Positions 32,804-45,510 of a DNA stretch of 64,000 nucleotides are shown here, in pieces (the first letter of the stretch is position 1; each line of letters begins with the position of its first letter). Origin of the DNA: a bacterium (lineage in GTDB: Bacteria > Zhuqueibacterota > Zhuqueibacteria > Residuimicrobiales > Krinioviventaceae); the NCBI GenBank assembly GCA_963674595.2, contig CAXXFV010000008.1, forward strand, positions 256,001 to 320,000, in the 5' to 3' direction. Position numbers and translations under genes: made by a program. A model generated the notes under the pieces. That model did no database searches. It saw only the letters and a program-made list of their open reading frames with translations, and was not told where the DNA came from.

Positions 32804-34228
32804 ATGGCAAAAGTTTTAAAAAAACCAAACAGCTTTTATGATACTTATGAACGAAAAGCCGGCGCCAAGGATGTTACTCATTATTGTCCGGGCTGCGGGC
32901 ATGGAGTGCTTCATAAACTTATAGCCGAAGCGATAGATGAATTGGGGGCTGAAGGACGTACTATTTTTATCAGTCCGGTTGGATGCAGTGTTTTTGCCTA
33001 TTATTATTTTAAGGCGGGAAATATTCAGGTAGCTCACGGACGGGCGCCTGCTGCTGCAACAGGAATTAAACGAGTGCATCCCGATAGCCTGGTAATCAGT
33101 TACCAGGGTGACGGCGATTTAGCCGCTATTGGTGGTAATAACATTTTGCAGGCAGCAAACCGGGGAGAAAATATTACCGTCTTTTTTGTAAATAATGCAA
33201 TATATGGTATGACCGGCGGGCAGATGGCGCCGACAACACTTGTTGGGCAGAAAACAACCACCTCCCCGAGAGGCAGAAATATTTCCAATGAAGGTTTTCC
33301 GATGCGGATTTGTGAAATGATAGCTACCCTCGAAGCGCCTGTATATATTGAACGGGTCGCGTTAAGCGACGCCAAACACACGAATAAAGTAAAACGTGCG
33401 GTTCGCAAAGCATTGCGAAACCAGATAGAGAATAAGGGGTTTTCTTTGGTTGAGGTTTTGTCTGTTTGCCCTTCAGGATGGAAAATGACACCTGTCCAGG
33501 CAAAACAATGGCTGCAAGATTATATGGTGAAACAATTCCCGTTGGGTGTTTTTAAAGATGAAACTGAGAATATAGAAGCAGCCACAGCGAGCCCTAATCA
33601 TTTTGATGCTGACAATGTTTTTGAAAAATTAAACATTCCTGTTAAAGACGATAAAGTTTTTAAAAGCCCTTTACCGGAACAAAAATTTCAAAATCCACGT
33701 TTAATTATGGCCGGTTTTGGCGGTCAGGGAATTTTGATGCTTGGACTGGCAGTCGCCCAGGCTGGAATGTTGGCCGGCTATCACGTATCCTGGATTCCTT
33801 CCTACGGACCTGAAATGCGTGGCGGAACAGCAAATTGTCATGTGAATTTATCATCGGAACGGATTGGTTCTCCTCTTGTTTCAAAACCATCGGTACTCAT
33901 TGCCATGAACCAGCCCTCCCTGGAAAAATTTGAAAAAGAAGTAATGCCTGGCGGACTTTTAATTTATGATAGTTCTCTAATTAATCAAAAACCAACTCGG
34001 GACGATATTACCGTTTTAGCTATTCCGGCAACCGAAATAGCAGACAATCTTGGTAATACCCGTACGGCAAATATGGTTGTTTTTGGAGCTTATCTTGCTT
34101 ATACATCAATTTTAACCAAAGATGTTGCTGTTCAGGCCTTGCCTCAAATAATAAAGCGAAAAAATTTAATTGAACTGAATGAAACTGCCCTTGAACGCGG
34201 TATAGAATATATAAAGAACAAGTATTAG
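32804..34228 (+). CDS. vorA: 2-oxoacid:ferredoxin oxidoreductase fused beta (TPP-binding) and gamma subunit (VorA type)
   Basis: HYCPGCGHG, YQGDGD..NNAIYGMTGGQ, then the gamma domain AGFGGQG, PSYGPEMRGGTANC. Confidence 0.88.
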   Translation: MAKVLKKPNSFYDTYERKAGAKDVTHYCPGCGHGVLHKLIAEAIDELGAEGRTIFISPVGCSVFAYYYFKAGNIQVAHGRAPAAATGIKRVHPDSLVISYQGDGDLAAIGGNNILQAANRGENITVFFVNNAIYGMTGGQMAPTTLVGQKTTTSPRGRNISNEGFPMRICEMIATLEAPVYIERVALSDAKHTNKVKRAVRKALRNQIENKGFSLVEVLSVCPSGWKMTPVQAKQWLQDYMVKQFPLGVFKDETENIEAATASPNHFDADNVFEKLNIPVKDDKVFKSPLPEQKFQNPRLIMAGFGGQGILMLGLAVAQAGMLAGYHVSWIPSYGPEMRGGTANCHVNLSSERIGSPLVSKPSVLIAMNQPSLEKFEKEVMPGGLLIYDSSLINQKPTRDDITVLAIPATEIADNLGNTRTANMVVFGAYLAYTSILTKDVAVQALPQIIKRKNLIELNETALERGIEYIKNKY

Positions 34229-34289
34229 AATAATCGTAGCATTTTATGTTTTTTCTTATTAAATTACTAGCCTAAAATAACGATTGTAT

Positions 34290-34320
34290 CCCCGTCAATT
34301 GTTAAGCTGACGGGGTTTTT
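34290..34320 (+). terminator. Intrinsic terminator after the vor operon
   Basis: CCCCGTCA...TGACGGGG followed by TTTTT. Confidence 0.85.
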
Positions 34321-34341
34321 AATTATTATAAAGTTGTTAAA

Positions 34342-36945
34342 TTGGATCAGACAGAAGAAAAAAACTCCTTTAGAGATACAATTTTTAATATTTTACCTTT
34401 TGTTAGTAAACCGGGAAGGTATATTGGCAATGAAGTCAATATGATTCGTAAGGATTTGTCCGCCATAGATACCCGAATGGCGTTGGCATTTCCTGATGTT
34501 TATGAAATCGGTATGTCATATATGGGTTTTCCGATTTTATATAATATATTGAATAAATTGCCGGGTGTTTATGTGGAACGTGCTTTTGCTCCCTGGGTGG
34601 ATATGGAGGCAAAAATGCGTAACAAAAATATTCCTCTTTTTTCGTTAGAGACATTTACACCTTTAAAAGATTTTGATGTACTGGGATTTACAATACAATA
34701 TGAAATGCATTTTACCAGTATACTCAATTTGCTTGATTTGTCTCATATTGAATTAGAGTCAAAAAAGAGGACAACTTTTCCGCTCGTAATCGGCGGCGGA
34801 CCGTCTGCATTTAATACTGAACCTGTTGCGGATTTTTTTGATGCCATTATAATTGGGGATGGAGAGCAAGTCTCTCAGGAAATTATATTACTTGTACAGG
34901 AAAGTAAAAAGAAAAACATTCCTCGTCAGAAGGTCCTGGAAAAAATGGCCGGTTTGGAAGGAGTATATATCCCGCAGTTTTACAAAGCGGTATATTCTGT
35001 GAACGGGAATTTTGAAAAAATTGAAACAACTCATCCAAAAGCACCGGAATCAATTAACGCCAGGATTATGGATGAATTGGCTTTAGAGAATTACCCGGAT
35101 AAACCTCTTGTGCCGAATATTCAAACCACACATGACAGAGTGTCTTTGGAAATTGCCAGAGGATGTTCGCAGGGATGCCGTTTTTGTAATGCCGGTTTTA
35201 TATACCGACCCGTTCGGGAACGCTCTCCGAATGATTTGGTTCAGCAAGCCAGGGAAAATATAGCCGCAACAGGATATGATGAAATTTCCCTTGTTTCATT
35301 ATCAACTTCGGACTATTCTAATCTGTTTGAATTGTTAAAGGGATTAAAAGATAATCTCGATGGCAAGATGGTAAATCTGTCGTTTCCGTCACTAAGGCCA
35401 CAAAGTTTTACTCCTGAGGTTGCAGCTTTTGCAAAAGGAGTTCGTAAATCCGGTCTTACCTTTGCCCCGGAAGCAGGTACAGATCGGTTACGACAAATAA
35501 TTAATAAAGACACAACAGCAGAAGATCTGCTGGGCGCAATTGATTTGGCATTTCGAGAGGGATGGAACCTTGTCAAATTATATTTTATGATTGGGCAGCC
35601 ATTTGAAACCGATGAAGATTTATACGGCATCGTAAATTTGACGGACCAGGCTGCTGAATTGGCGCGACTTTATAAAGGGAAAAGGATAAATATTTCTGTT
35701 TCGCCGTTTGTACCAAAATCATTTACTCCATTTCAGTGGAGTACCCAGGACCCGATGGAGGAAACGAGGCGAAAAATAGATTTTATTCAATCCAAAGTAC
35801 GGCGGAAAAATGTTAAGATAAGTTGGCGGTTTGCTGACCTGGCAGTTGTGGAAGGCGTTTTAGCTCGTGGAGACCGCCGTCTTGCAGCCGTTTTAAAACG
35901 GGCCTGGGAATTGGGTTCTCGGCTTGATGGGTGGACCGAGTTATATAGTTTTGACAGATGGACCCAGGCTTTGGATGAATGTGGTTTTCAAGCAGACCAA
36001 TTTACAAATGGTTTCTCTATGGATGCCGCTTTGCCCTGGGACCACATTCATAAAGGCGTGAAAAAGAAATTTTTAGTAAATGAATTTAAAAATGCTGAAA
36101 AGTCAATAACTACATTAGATTGCCGGGAATCTGAATGTAATGGTTGTGGTTTGATGCAACATAAAGCCTGTCAGGATATCATAAATAAAAATACTGATAA
36201 ATCAAAAATATCCGTTGCAGCAACACCTGAAACCGAAAAAATAGAACGAAAAGAAAATCTCGACACTGACAGTCCGGTTCGGATTGCTCGAATCAAGTAT
36301 TCATGTAGTGAACAGATTCGGTTTCTGTCACATCTTGACATGACAAGATTGTTTGAACGAGCTCTCAGACGTGCCCAAATACCATTGGTATATACGGAAG
36401 GTTACAATCCTCATCCAAAAGTATCATACGGTCCGGCTTTAGCCACGGGCTATTTAAGTGAAGCAGAGTACTTTGATATTTATTATTATAATGAAAAAAA
36501 TACAGATCTGTTTCAGCGACTGTCGGAACAATTACCGGAAGGCGTTAAAATTTTACAGATTAAAACCCTTTTTGGTAAACCAAAAGCATTAACATCTATT
36601 GTTAATCGAATTGATTATCGAATTTTGTTTCAACAAAAAATTGAAAATGGATTTTTACAAGAAAAAATCCATGAAATAATTAACAAAGAGAATATTTTCG
36701 TTGAGCGAAAAACAAAAAGTAATAAGGTACGTAAAGTAAATATACGGCCGTATATTTCAGAAATGAAACCCATTGATGATGGGTTCTGTCTTATTACAGA
36801 AATAATTGAAGGAAAGACTGTCCGCATTGACGAGTTGTTGTCACTATTTTATGCGGATGAAGAAATAACTAAAACAGCCCATGTAACGCGTACGGGGGTC
36901 TATGTCCAGTATGGAGATATGATCAATACGCCAATGGATTTTTAG
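34342..36945 (+). CDS. TIGR03960-family B12-binding-like radical SAM protein fused to a C-terminal TIGR03936/DUF2344 domain
   Basis: KPGRYIGNE, AFPDVYEIGMS, RGCSQGCRFC, TFAPEAG, FVPKSFTPFQW; C-domain FLSHLD...RALRRA...EGYNPHPK. Confidence 0.9.
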   Translation: MDQTEEKNSFRDTIFNILPFVSKPGRYIGNEVNMIRKDLSAIDTRMALAFPDVYEIGMSYMGFPILYNILNKLPGVYVERAFAPWVDMEAKMRNKNIPLFSLETFTPLKDFDVLGFTIQYEMHFTSILNLLDLSHIELESKKRTTFPLVIGGGPSAFNTEPVADFFDAIIIGDGEQVSQEIILLVQESKKKNIPRQKVLEKMAGLEGVYIPQFYKAVYSVNGNFEKIETTHPKAPESINARIMDELALENYPDKPLVPNIQTTHDRVSLEIARGCSQGCRFCNAGFIYRPVRERSPNDLVQQARENIAATGYDEISLVSLSTSDYSNLFELLKGLKDNLDGKMVNLSFPSLRPQSFTPEVAAFAKGVRKSGLTFAPEAGTDRLRQIINKDTTAEDLLGAIDLAFREGWNLVKLYFMIGQPFETDEDLYGIVNLTDQAAELARLYKGKRINISVSPFVPKSFTPFQWSTQDPMEETRRKIDFIQSKVRRKNVKISWRFADLAVVEGVLARGDRRLAAVLKRAWELGSRLDGWTELYSFDRWTQALDECGFQADQFTNGFSMDAALPWDHIHKGVKKKFLVNEFKNAEKSITTLDCRESECNGCGLMQHKACQDIINKNTDKSKISVAATPETEKIERKENLDTDSPVRIARIKYSCSEQIRFLSHLDMTRLFERALRRAQIPLVYTEGYNPHPKVSYGPALATGYLSEAEYFDIYYYNEKNTDLFQRLSEQLPEGVKILQIKTLFGKPKALTSIVNRIDYRILFQQKIENGFLQEKIHEIINKENIFVERKTKSNKVRKVNIRPYISEMKPIDDGFCLITEIIEGKTVRIDELLSLFYADEEITKTAHVTRTGVYVQYGDMINTPMDF

Positions 36946-37009
36946 TTAATCTTTCAATTCTACCTTACTTTTTATTCACTCAACAGCAATTAAAAGAATT
37001 TGAGGTATA

Positions 37010-38530
37010 ATGAAAAAGGATATTATTATTAATGTTTCTATTGGTGAAACACGTATAGCTATTTTAGAAAATGATGAGTTGGCAGAGCTTTATTTTGAAC
37101 TGCCTGAAAATGAAAGAATGGTTGGGGATATTTATTTTGGCAGGGTTGCCAAAGTCATAAAGGGGATTCAAGCCGCTTTTGTGGATATCGGAATGAAACA
37201 GGATGCGTTTTTGCATTTTTCAGATATTGGCAACAGTTTACCATTAATGGAAAACAATCCTGTACCCCGCAGAGGAAATCAGAGAAGACGAAAGGGGTTT
37301 GTTGACCTGCCGATAAAAAAAGGTCAGCCTATTTTAGTACAAATTACTAAAGAACCGATAGCTAACAAGGGTGCACGAATTACATCCAATATTTCCCTGC
37401 CTGGCCGGTTTCTCGTTTTAATTCCAAACGAAACAATGGTGGGGGTTTCCCGGAAAATTAACAACCGACAGGAAAAGTTTCGGTTAAAAAAGTTAGCTCG
37501 CCGCATACGTCCTGAGGGATATGGAATGGTTGTGCGAACTGTTTCCGAAGGAAAGGATGAGGAATCTCTCAAATCAGATATGGACAATCTGGTCCGAACC
37601 TGGAACAAGATTAAAAAAAGTGTTTCCAAAGGCAATCCTCCCATGTTGTTGCATAAAGATATGGGCATGTTGTCAAGCGTTATTCGTGATCTGTTTACAT
37701 CGGATGTTACAAGCCTGGTTGTCGATTCCAAAAAGATGTACAAACAAATTCTTAAATATCTTAAAGATGTTTCGCCGCAGCTTATGGAAAATGTTCAATT
37801 ATATCAGAAAAAAGAACCAATTTTTGATGAATTTGGCATTGAAACACAGTTAATTAAAAGTCTGTCCCGTAAAGTCTGGTTGAAAAAGGGAGGGTATATT
37901 TTTATCGACCATACGGAGGCATTGACCGCCATAGATGTTAACAGCGGTCGGTTTGCCGGTTCGGACAATCATGATATGAACAGCTTAAAGACCAATCTGG
38001 AAGCTGGAAGAGAAATTGCCAAGCAGCTTCGTTTAAGAGATATCGGCGGTATTATTATTATCGATTTTATAGACATGGTTGAAGAGGCTAATAAGAAAAA
38101 ACTCTATGATTCGTTCCTGAAAGAGCTGCGTAAAGACCGTGCACAGGTCAATATTACCCAGCTTTCCGAGTTTGGTATTATTGAAATGACAAGAGAACGT
38201 GTACGTCCTGCTTTGTTGTTCTCTATCAGTGAACCTTGTCTTGCCTGCATGGGAACCGGACGAATCATGAATAAAACAACAATGGTTTCCAGAATTGAAA
38301 GATGGATCAAACGTTATCGAACAGAAGGCGGAGACCGTAGTTTGCAGCTCATTGTTCACCCGGAGTTGGCTAAATTTTTGTCTGATGGGTATCGCAGTCC
38401 GTTACGAAGAATAAGCTGGAAATATTGGACACGGATTAAAGTAATAAAAGACGAAAATATAAGCATGGATGAGTTCCGATTTTTTGATAAAATGGGTGAA
38501 GATGACCTAACTTTGAAATTTATGGCTTGA
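37010..38530 (+). CDS. rng: Ribonuclease E/G family endoribonuclease
   Basis: S1 domain (AAFVDIG), IDVNSG, RLRDIGGIIIIDFIDM, EMTRER, CxxC-GTG. Confidence 0.95.
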   Translation: MKKDIIINVSIGETRIAILENDELAELYFELPENERMVGDIYFGRVAKVIKGIQAAFVDIGMKQDAFLHFSDIGNSLPLMENNPVPRRGNQRRRKGFVDLPIKKGQPILVQITKEPIANKGARITSNISLPGRFLVLIPNETMVGVSRKINNRQEKFRLKKLARRIRPEGYGMVVRTVSEGKDEESLKSDMDNLVRTWNKIKKSVSKGNPPMLLHKDMGMLSSVIRDLFTSDVTSLVVDSKKMYKQILKYLKDVSPQLMENVQLYQKKEPIFDEFGIETQLIKSLSRKVWLKKGGYIFIDHTEALTAIDVNSGRFAGSDNHDMNSLKTNLEAGREIAKQLRLRDIGGIIIIDFIDMVEEANKKKLYDSFLKELRKDRAQVNITQLSEFGIIEMTRERVRPALLFSISEPCLACMGTGRIMNKTTMVSRIERWIKRYRTEGGDRSLQLIVHPELAKFLSDGYRSPLRRISWKYWTRIKVIKDENISMDEFRFFDKMGEDDLTLKFMA

Positions 38531-38555
38531 CTCTTAAATATTATTTTTTTAAATT
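38527..38555 (+). promoter_or_regulatory. sigma70 promoter for rplU-rpmA
   Basis: TTGACT-17 nt-TAAATT, overlapping the rng stop codon. Confidence 0.6.
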
Positions 38556-38612
38556 TATAAGCTTTGTAAATGATAAAATTGTAGTTTTTATATAAAATGG
38601 AGAAGACGGCTC

Positions 38613-38924
38613 ATGTATGCCATAGTTGACATCGCTGGTGAGCAGATAAAGCTTGAAAAAAATCAAAAAGTAGTCACTGCACGTCTGGATGGCGATGTGG
38701 GTTCCAAAGTAGAATTTGAAAAAGTACTTTTTATTTCCAATGATGACGATGTTAAAGTTGGAACACCCTATGTAGAAGGTGCTAAAGTTCAGGCAACTAT
38801 TTTAGAACATGAAAAATCAGACAAGACGATTGTCTTTAAGAAAAAACGTCGTAAAACTTATAGAGTTTTGAATGGGCATCGTCAACCGTTAACCCGTATT
38901 CAGATTGATGGAATCAGCGCTTAA
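38613..38924 (+). CDS. rplU: 50S ribosomal protein L21
   Basis: MYAIVDIAGEQ...VGTPYV...FKKKRRK..GHRQ. Confidence 0.98.
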   Translation: MYAIVDIAGEQIKLEKNQKVVTARLDGDVGSKVEFEKVLFISNDDDVKVGTPYVEGAKVQATILEHEKSDKTIVFKKKRRKTYRVLNGHRQPLTRIQIDGISA

Positions 38925-38957
38925 TATATTTGCGTTTTAGTAATAGGAGACGTTGTA

Positions 38958-39212
38958 ATGGCTCATAAGAAAGGTGTTGGAAGTTCCAGAAATGGACGCG
39001 ACAGTAATCCTAAAATGCTTGGAGTTAAACGATTTGATGGACAATTCGTAACTGCCGGCAGTATACTCGTACGTCAACGCGGAACGAAAATTCATCCGGG
39101 ACAAAATACCGGTCTCGGTAATGATGATACAATTTTTGCAAAAACAGACGGACATGTCAAGTTTGAAACTCGCGGCAAAGCGAAAAAGTTTGTAAACGTT
39201 CTTCCGTCCTAG
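38958..39212 (+). CDS. rpmA: 50S ribosomal protein L27
   Basis: [16 protein letters not shown]...[10 protein letters not shown]. Confidence 0.99.
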   Translation: MAHKKGVGSSRNGRDSNPKMLGVKRFDGQFVTAGSILVRQRGTKIHPGQNTGLGNDDTIFAKTDGHVKFETRGKAKKFVNVLPS

Positions 39213-39230
39213 TATTTGCAGCTAAATTTT

Positions 39231-39268
39231 AAAAGCGCGGTTATTTTTAATAATCGCGCTTTTTTTTT
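39231..39268 (+). terminator. Intrinsic terminator after rpmA
   Basis: AAAAGCGCGGTTATT-TTT-AATAATCGCGCT followed by a T tract. Confidence 0.88.
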
Positions 39269-39328
39269 GTATGTTAAAAAATGAGTGATCTACTTTACAA
39301 AAATTATGCCACTGTAGTTAAAATTGAC

Positions 39329-39357
39329 TTGACTCTTTTTTACCTATGTTTTATATT
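39329..39357 (+). promoter_or_regulatory. sigma70 promoter for the gatC-pyrG-kdsA operon
   Basis: TTGACT-17 nt-TATATT. Confidence 0.6.
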
Positions 39358-39392
39358 AGCGCAACGTTTATTTTAATTTAATGGAGACGTAT

Positions 39393-39680
39393 ATGTCTGT
39401 AACGATTGATCAGGTAGAAAAAATTGCATCTTTGGCTAAATTATCTTTTTCCAGTGAAGAAAAAGAAAAGTTTGTTACACAGTTTAATCAAATTTTAGAG
39501 TATATTGATAAATTAAACGAGTTGGATACAAAAGATATTGAACCGACTTATCATGTATTGGAATTGGAGAATGTTTTCCGTGAGGATAAAGTTGTGGAAA
39601 ACTTTGATCAGGAACGGGTTTTACAAAATGCTCCCAAGAAAAATAACGGTTATTTTAGTGTACCTAAAGTAATTGGATAA
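39393..39680 (+). CDS. gatC: Asp/Glu-tRNA amidotransferase subunit C
   Basis: VEKIASLAKL...ILEYIDKLNELDT..IEPT...NVFRED...NAP...YFSVPKVI. Confidence 0.96.
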   Translation: MSVTIDQVEKIASLAKLSFSSEEKEKFVTQFNQILEYIDKLNELDTKDIEPTYHVLELENVFREDKVVENFDQERVLQNAPKKNNGYFSVPKVIG

Positions 39681-39687
39681 ATTTTAA

Positions 39688-42182
<2,495 letters not shown>

Positions 42183-42202
<20 letters not shown>

Positions 42203-43079
42203 AATTTTTCGTTTTTCAGACCTGGTTTTTGCGGTTTTGGTATTTACAATGATTTCCGTTAACATTGTTGATATTTCGGCCCAAACTGATAAAGTTATTG
42301 TCGCTGTTTCCGAGTTTACAGCCGGTTCTGAACAGATAGACGATGAAACCTTTGGCGAAAATATTGTTGAAATGCTTAAAACAGAGCTGTCCGGCTATGA
42401 TGATTTGATTGTTGTGGAACGCACAAAAATAGAGGCAATATATCAGGAACTTGCTCTCAGCCAAACCGGAATATTGAATGATAATAAAGCCCTGGAAGCC
42501 GGGAAATTGTTAGGAGCGGACTTTGTTATAACCGGTGAATTGAATTTTTCAAAAAATCGTTTTCGAATCGATTCACATATAGCCAATGTAAAATCCGGCC
42601 AGGTTGTGGGAGAGAAGGTGACCGGGCCAAATAAACAGGCTGTTGAAAAAATGGTCCAGGTATTGGCTAACAACATACACTTGAAATTAACGGATAATGG
42701 AAACTATATTTCCGCCCAAAAGGTAACCCATTATCCTTCAAAATGGTTTTTGGCTGCCGGAGCAGGCTCAACACTTGTAGCTGCTCTGTTTCATAACTCT
42801 TACAATGATAAATATGATGCTTATAAAAGTTCATCTTTATTAGGTGAGATCGAGCAAAATTATGATAAGGCCAATAAAGCCTATCGAATGAGAAATGTAT
42901 TCATCGGAACATCTGTAGCTTTGCTAGGAACAGGTATGATTTTGTGGTTTGCGGATAAAAGTCAGGGGAATACCATTCTGGCTGGAATTCCGGTTTCCGA
43001 CAGTGGTCGTTTGTTTGTTACGCCCTGTTATGCTTCGGAAACGAACACGATTGGTTTGAATTTGACGTTGCATTATTGA
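42183..43079 (+). CDS. Exported protein with a CsgG/HfaB/FlgO/TolB-N-like domain and C-terminal hydrophobic helices
   Basis: Signal-like N-terminus; VVERTKIEAIYQELALSQTG...AGKLLGADFVITG signature; two hydrophobic segments flanking a helical region. Confidence 0.72.
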
Positions 43080-43843
43080 TGAAAAGTTTAAAATACATAT
43101 TGTTTTTTATTTGTGCTCTGTATATACACAGTTGCAATCTGGACCGAAGCAATCCGCTTGACCCAAAAAATGAAAACAGTCGGATTGAAAAGACGGTGTT
43201 GGTTGAGGCTTTTATTAATAGCAGTGTAGATGGCTATGTAACCTGGGCCAAAGAAGGATTGGAAAAATTAAATGAACATTTTAATTCATCAAATCTTTTA
43301 ATCCTGGAACATCATGTTGAGCGGACCCAGGGAACAGACCCTGATGCCTGTTCGGCAAGTTTATCGCGATATCTTGCATTCGTTCCGGATTCCGACCAGC
43401 AGGGCATTCCGGATGTTTTTATTGACGGTGTCGGACGCAGGGTTCAGGGCGCATCTGACTCTGAGACAGCTTTTCAACGTTACCTGCAACCGACTGAACA
43501 ACGCTTTTTAGGCACCGGACAATTTTATATCGAATGTCAGGCGTCTCTTAACAATTCAAAACTGGAACTTGACGGAAAACTGGCCTGTCTGGGAAAGCAA
43601 AGTGCCGAAAATATAGCGGTTTATGCTGTTGTTGTTGAAGAATTGTCCGCAAGCGCGGATTTGATTGTCAGAGATATTGTGCTTGTGCATTCAATAGATA
43701 AAATTGATGACGGTAATGTGGTTGATATTAATAAAAGTATTTCTTTTTTTTCTGAATGGGACGAATTGAAAACATCGTTGGTTGTTTTTGTTCAGAACCG
43801 AAATACTTTAGAAGTTTATCAAAGTACAAGATTATTTTTTTAG
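43079..43843 (+). CDS. Lipoprotein with an Omp28-like (thioredoxin-fold plus Ig-like) domain
   Basis: Lipobox IHS-C, RSNPLDP, VLVEAF, GIPDVFIDG, VVFVQN...EVYQS. Confidence 0.65.
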   Translation: MKSLKYILFFICALYIHSCNLDRSNPLDPKNENSRIEKTVLVEAFINSSVDGYVTWAKEGLEKLNEHFNSSNLLILEHHVERTQGTDPDACSASLSRYLAFVPDSDQQGIPDVFIDGVGRRVQGASDSETAFQRYLQPTEQRFLGTGQFYIECQASLNNSKLELDGKLACLGKQSAENIAVYAVVVEELSASADLIVRDIVLVHSIDKIDDGNVVDINKSISFFSEWDELKTSLVVFVQNRNTLEVYQSTRLFF

Positions 43844-43844
43844 T

Positions 43845-44492
43845 ATGAAAAACGGCTATAAATATATATTTGTATTATATTTTATAATACTTTCCTGTGG
43901 TGTTGTGGAAAAATTGACAAACCGTGCTCCAATTATCACTTCTATTAGCGCCACGCCGGATTCTTTGTTGATCGGAGAAACCTCTGTTCTGGCAGTTGAA
44001 GCAACTGATCCTGACAATGATGAATTGTCATATCAATGGAACTGCAACCACGGTTTATTATCATCATCTCAAGGCTCAACAGTCCAATGGACTGCACCGC
44101 AATATGAAGGATCGTTTGTAGTTGAGGCAACGGTTAAAGATGTGAACGGTGAAAAAGTTAGCGATAACATTACGCTTATAGTTACATCGGAAAATGCACC
44201 TTCCATAAAAATATTATCACCAAAAAACGGTGAAGAAATTGTCGCTTTAAACAGTATTCCCATAACGGTCCAGGTTTCACCGGTCCAGTTTATAAACCGT
44301 GTGGAATTTTTTATAGACGATGTTCTGGTTGCAACTGATAAACAATCTCCTTTTCAATATGACTGGGTTCTAAGCGGGCTATCCGGTTTAAAAGAGCTCA
44401 AGTGTGCTGCCTATCGTTCGGGACAAGTTTCAGTTCCCGGTGTTGATTCAATTTTTGTACATTTATATGGAGTTGTAACTTTACCAAAATAG
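43845..44492 (+). CDS. Lipoprotein with two Ig-like (PKD/Big) domains
   Basis: Lipobox ILS-C; NRAPII...ATDPDNDELSYQW...WTAP; APSIKILSP..G...VEFFIDD...SPFQYDW. Confidence 0.8.
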   Translation: MKNGYKYIFVLYFIILSCGVVEKLTNRAPIITSISATPDSLLIGETSVLAVEATDPDNDELSYQWNCNHGLLSSSQGSTVQWTAPQYEGSFVVEATVKDVNGEKVSDNITLIVTSENAPSIKILSPKNGEEIVALNSIPITVQVSPVQFINRVEFFIDDVLVATDKQSPFQYDWVLSGLSGLKELKCAAYRSGQVSVPGVDSIFVHLYGVVTLPK

Positions 44493-44494
44493 AT

Positions 44495-45499
44495 ATGGAA
44501 AATAATAATAGAAAAAAAGATATATCCATTAATGATTCTTTAATTGTTGAAATTGCTCAAAAAGTCCTGAGTGTCGAGAGTTTGGCTGTTCAGGAACTGA
44601 TTGGAAGAATTGGGACTGAATTTATTAAAGCTGTTGATACTCTTTATGACTGTAAGGGCCGGGTTATTGTTACCGGTATCGGCAAATCAGGAATCATTGC
44701 AAAAAAAATTGCCGCCACGCTGGCAAGTACCGGTACGCCTGCGATTTTTTTACACCCTGTTGAAGCGGTCCATGGTGATTTGGGAATCGTACTTAAAAAT
44801 GATATTGTTATCTGTATTTCAAAAAGCGGAACAACAGATGAAATTACTCGCTTGTTTCCGGTGTTTATACAACTGGGAGTTAAGACAATTGCAATGACCG
44901 GTAATTTACGTTCTGCATTGGCAGACCGGTGTGATATTGTTCTGGACGTTAGTGTTAAAGAAGAAGCTTGTACAAACAATCTGGCACCAACTGCCAGCAC
45001 AACGGCTACTCTTGCTATGGGAGATGCTTTGGCTGTTGCATTATTAGAAAAACGCCAGTTTAATTCAAAGGATTTTGCTTTTTTACATCCTGCCGGTTCT
45101 TTGGGTAAAAAATTAACCCAAATCGATGAAATTATGTTTTCAGGTGATAAAGTGCCCCGCGTTTCATTGAACGCTTCGTTACAGGATGTTATTGTTGAAA
45201 TAACACGTAAACGATTTGGGAGCACCTGTGTTTTGGATGAAAACGGCATGCTGGCCGGTATTATAACCGATGGTGATATCCGGAGATTGTTTCAAACCCG
45301 AAAAGAATTTTCCAATATTATTGCCGGCGATATAATGAATGCAACTCCTAAAATTATTTATGCAGGTTCTTTTGCTTCTCAGGCCATGCAATTGATGCAA
45401 GAGTTTAATATTAATCAAATCATTGTTGTGGATACCGAACATTTCCCTAAGGGAATTATTCATATACATGATTTATTGGAAGCGGGTATAACCGTTTAA
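44495..45499 (+). CDS. kdsD: Arabinose-5-phosphate isomerase (KpsF/GutQ; SIS plus 2 CBS)
   Basis: GIGKSG, STGTPA, HGDLG, APTAST, HPAGSLG, TDGD. Confidence 0.96.
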   Translation: MENNNRKKDISINDSLIVEIAQKVLSVESLAVQELIGRIGTEFIKAVDTLYDCKGRVIVTGIGKSGIIAKKIAATLASTGTPAIFLHPVEAVHGDLGIVLKNDIVICISKSGTTDEITRLFPVFIQLGVKTIAMTGNLRSALADRCDIVLDVSVKEEACTNNLAPTASTTATLAMGDALAVALLEKRQFNSKDFAFLHPAGSLGKKLTQIDEIMFSGDKVPRVSLNASLQDVIVEITRKRFGSTCVLDENGMLAGIITDGDIRRLFQTRKEFSNIIAGDIMNATPKIIYAGSFASQAMQLMQEFNINQIIVVDTEHFPKGIIHIHDLLEAGITV

Positions 45500-45510
45500 T
45501 ATCGATAATT

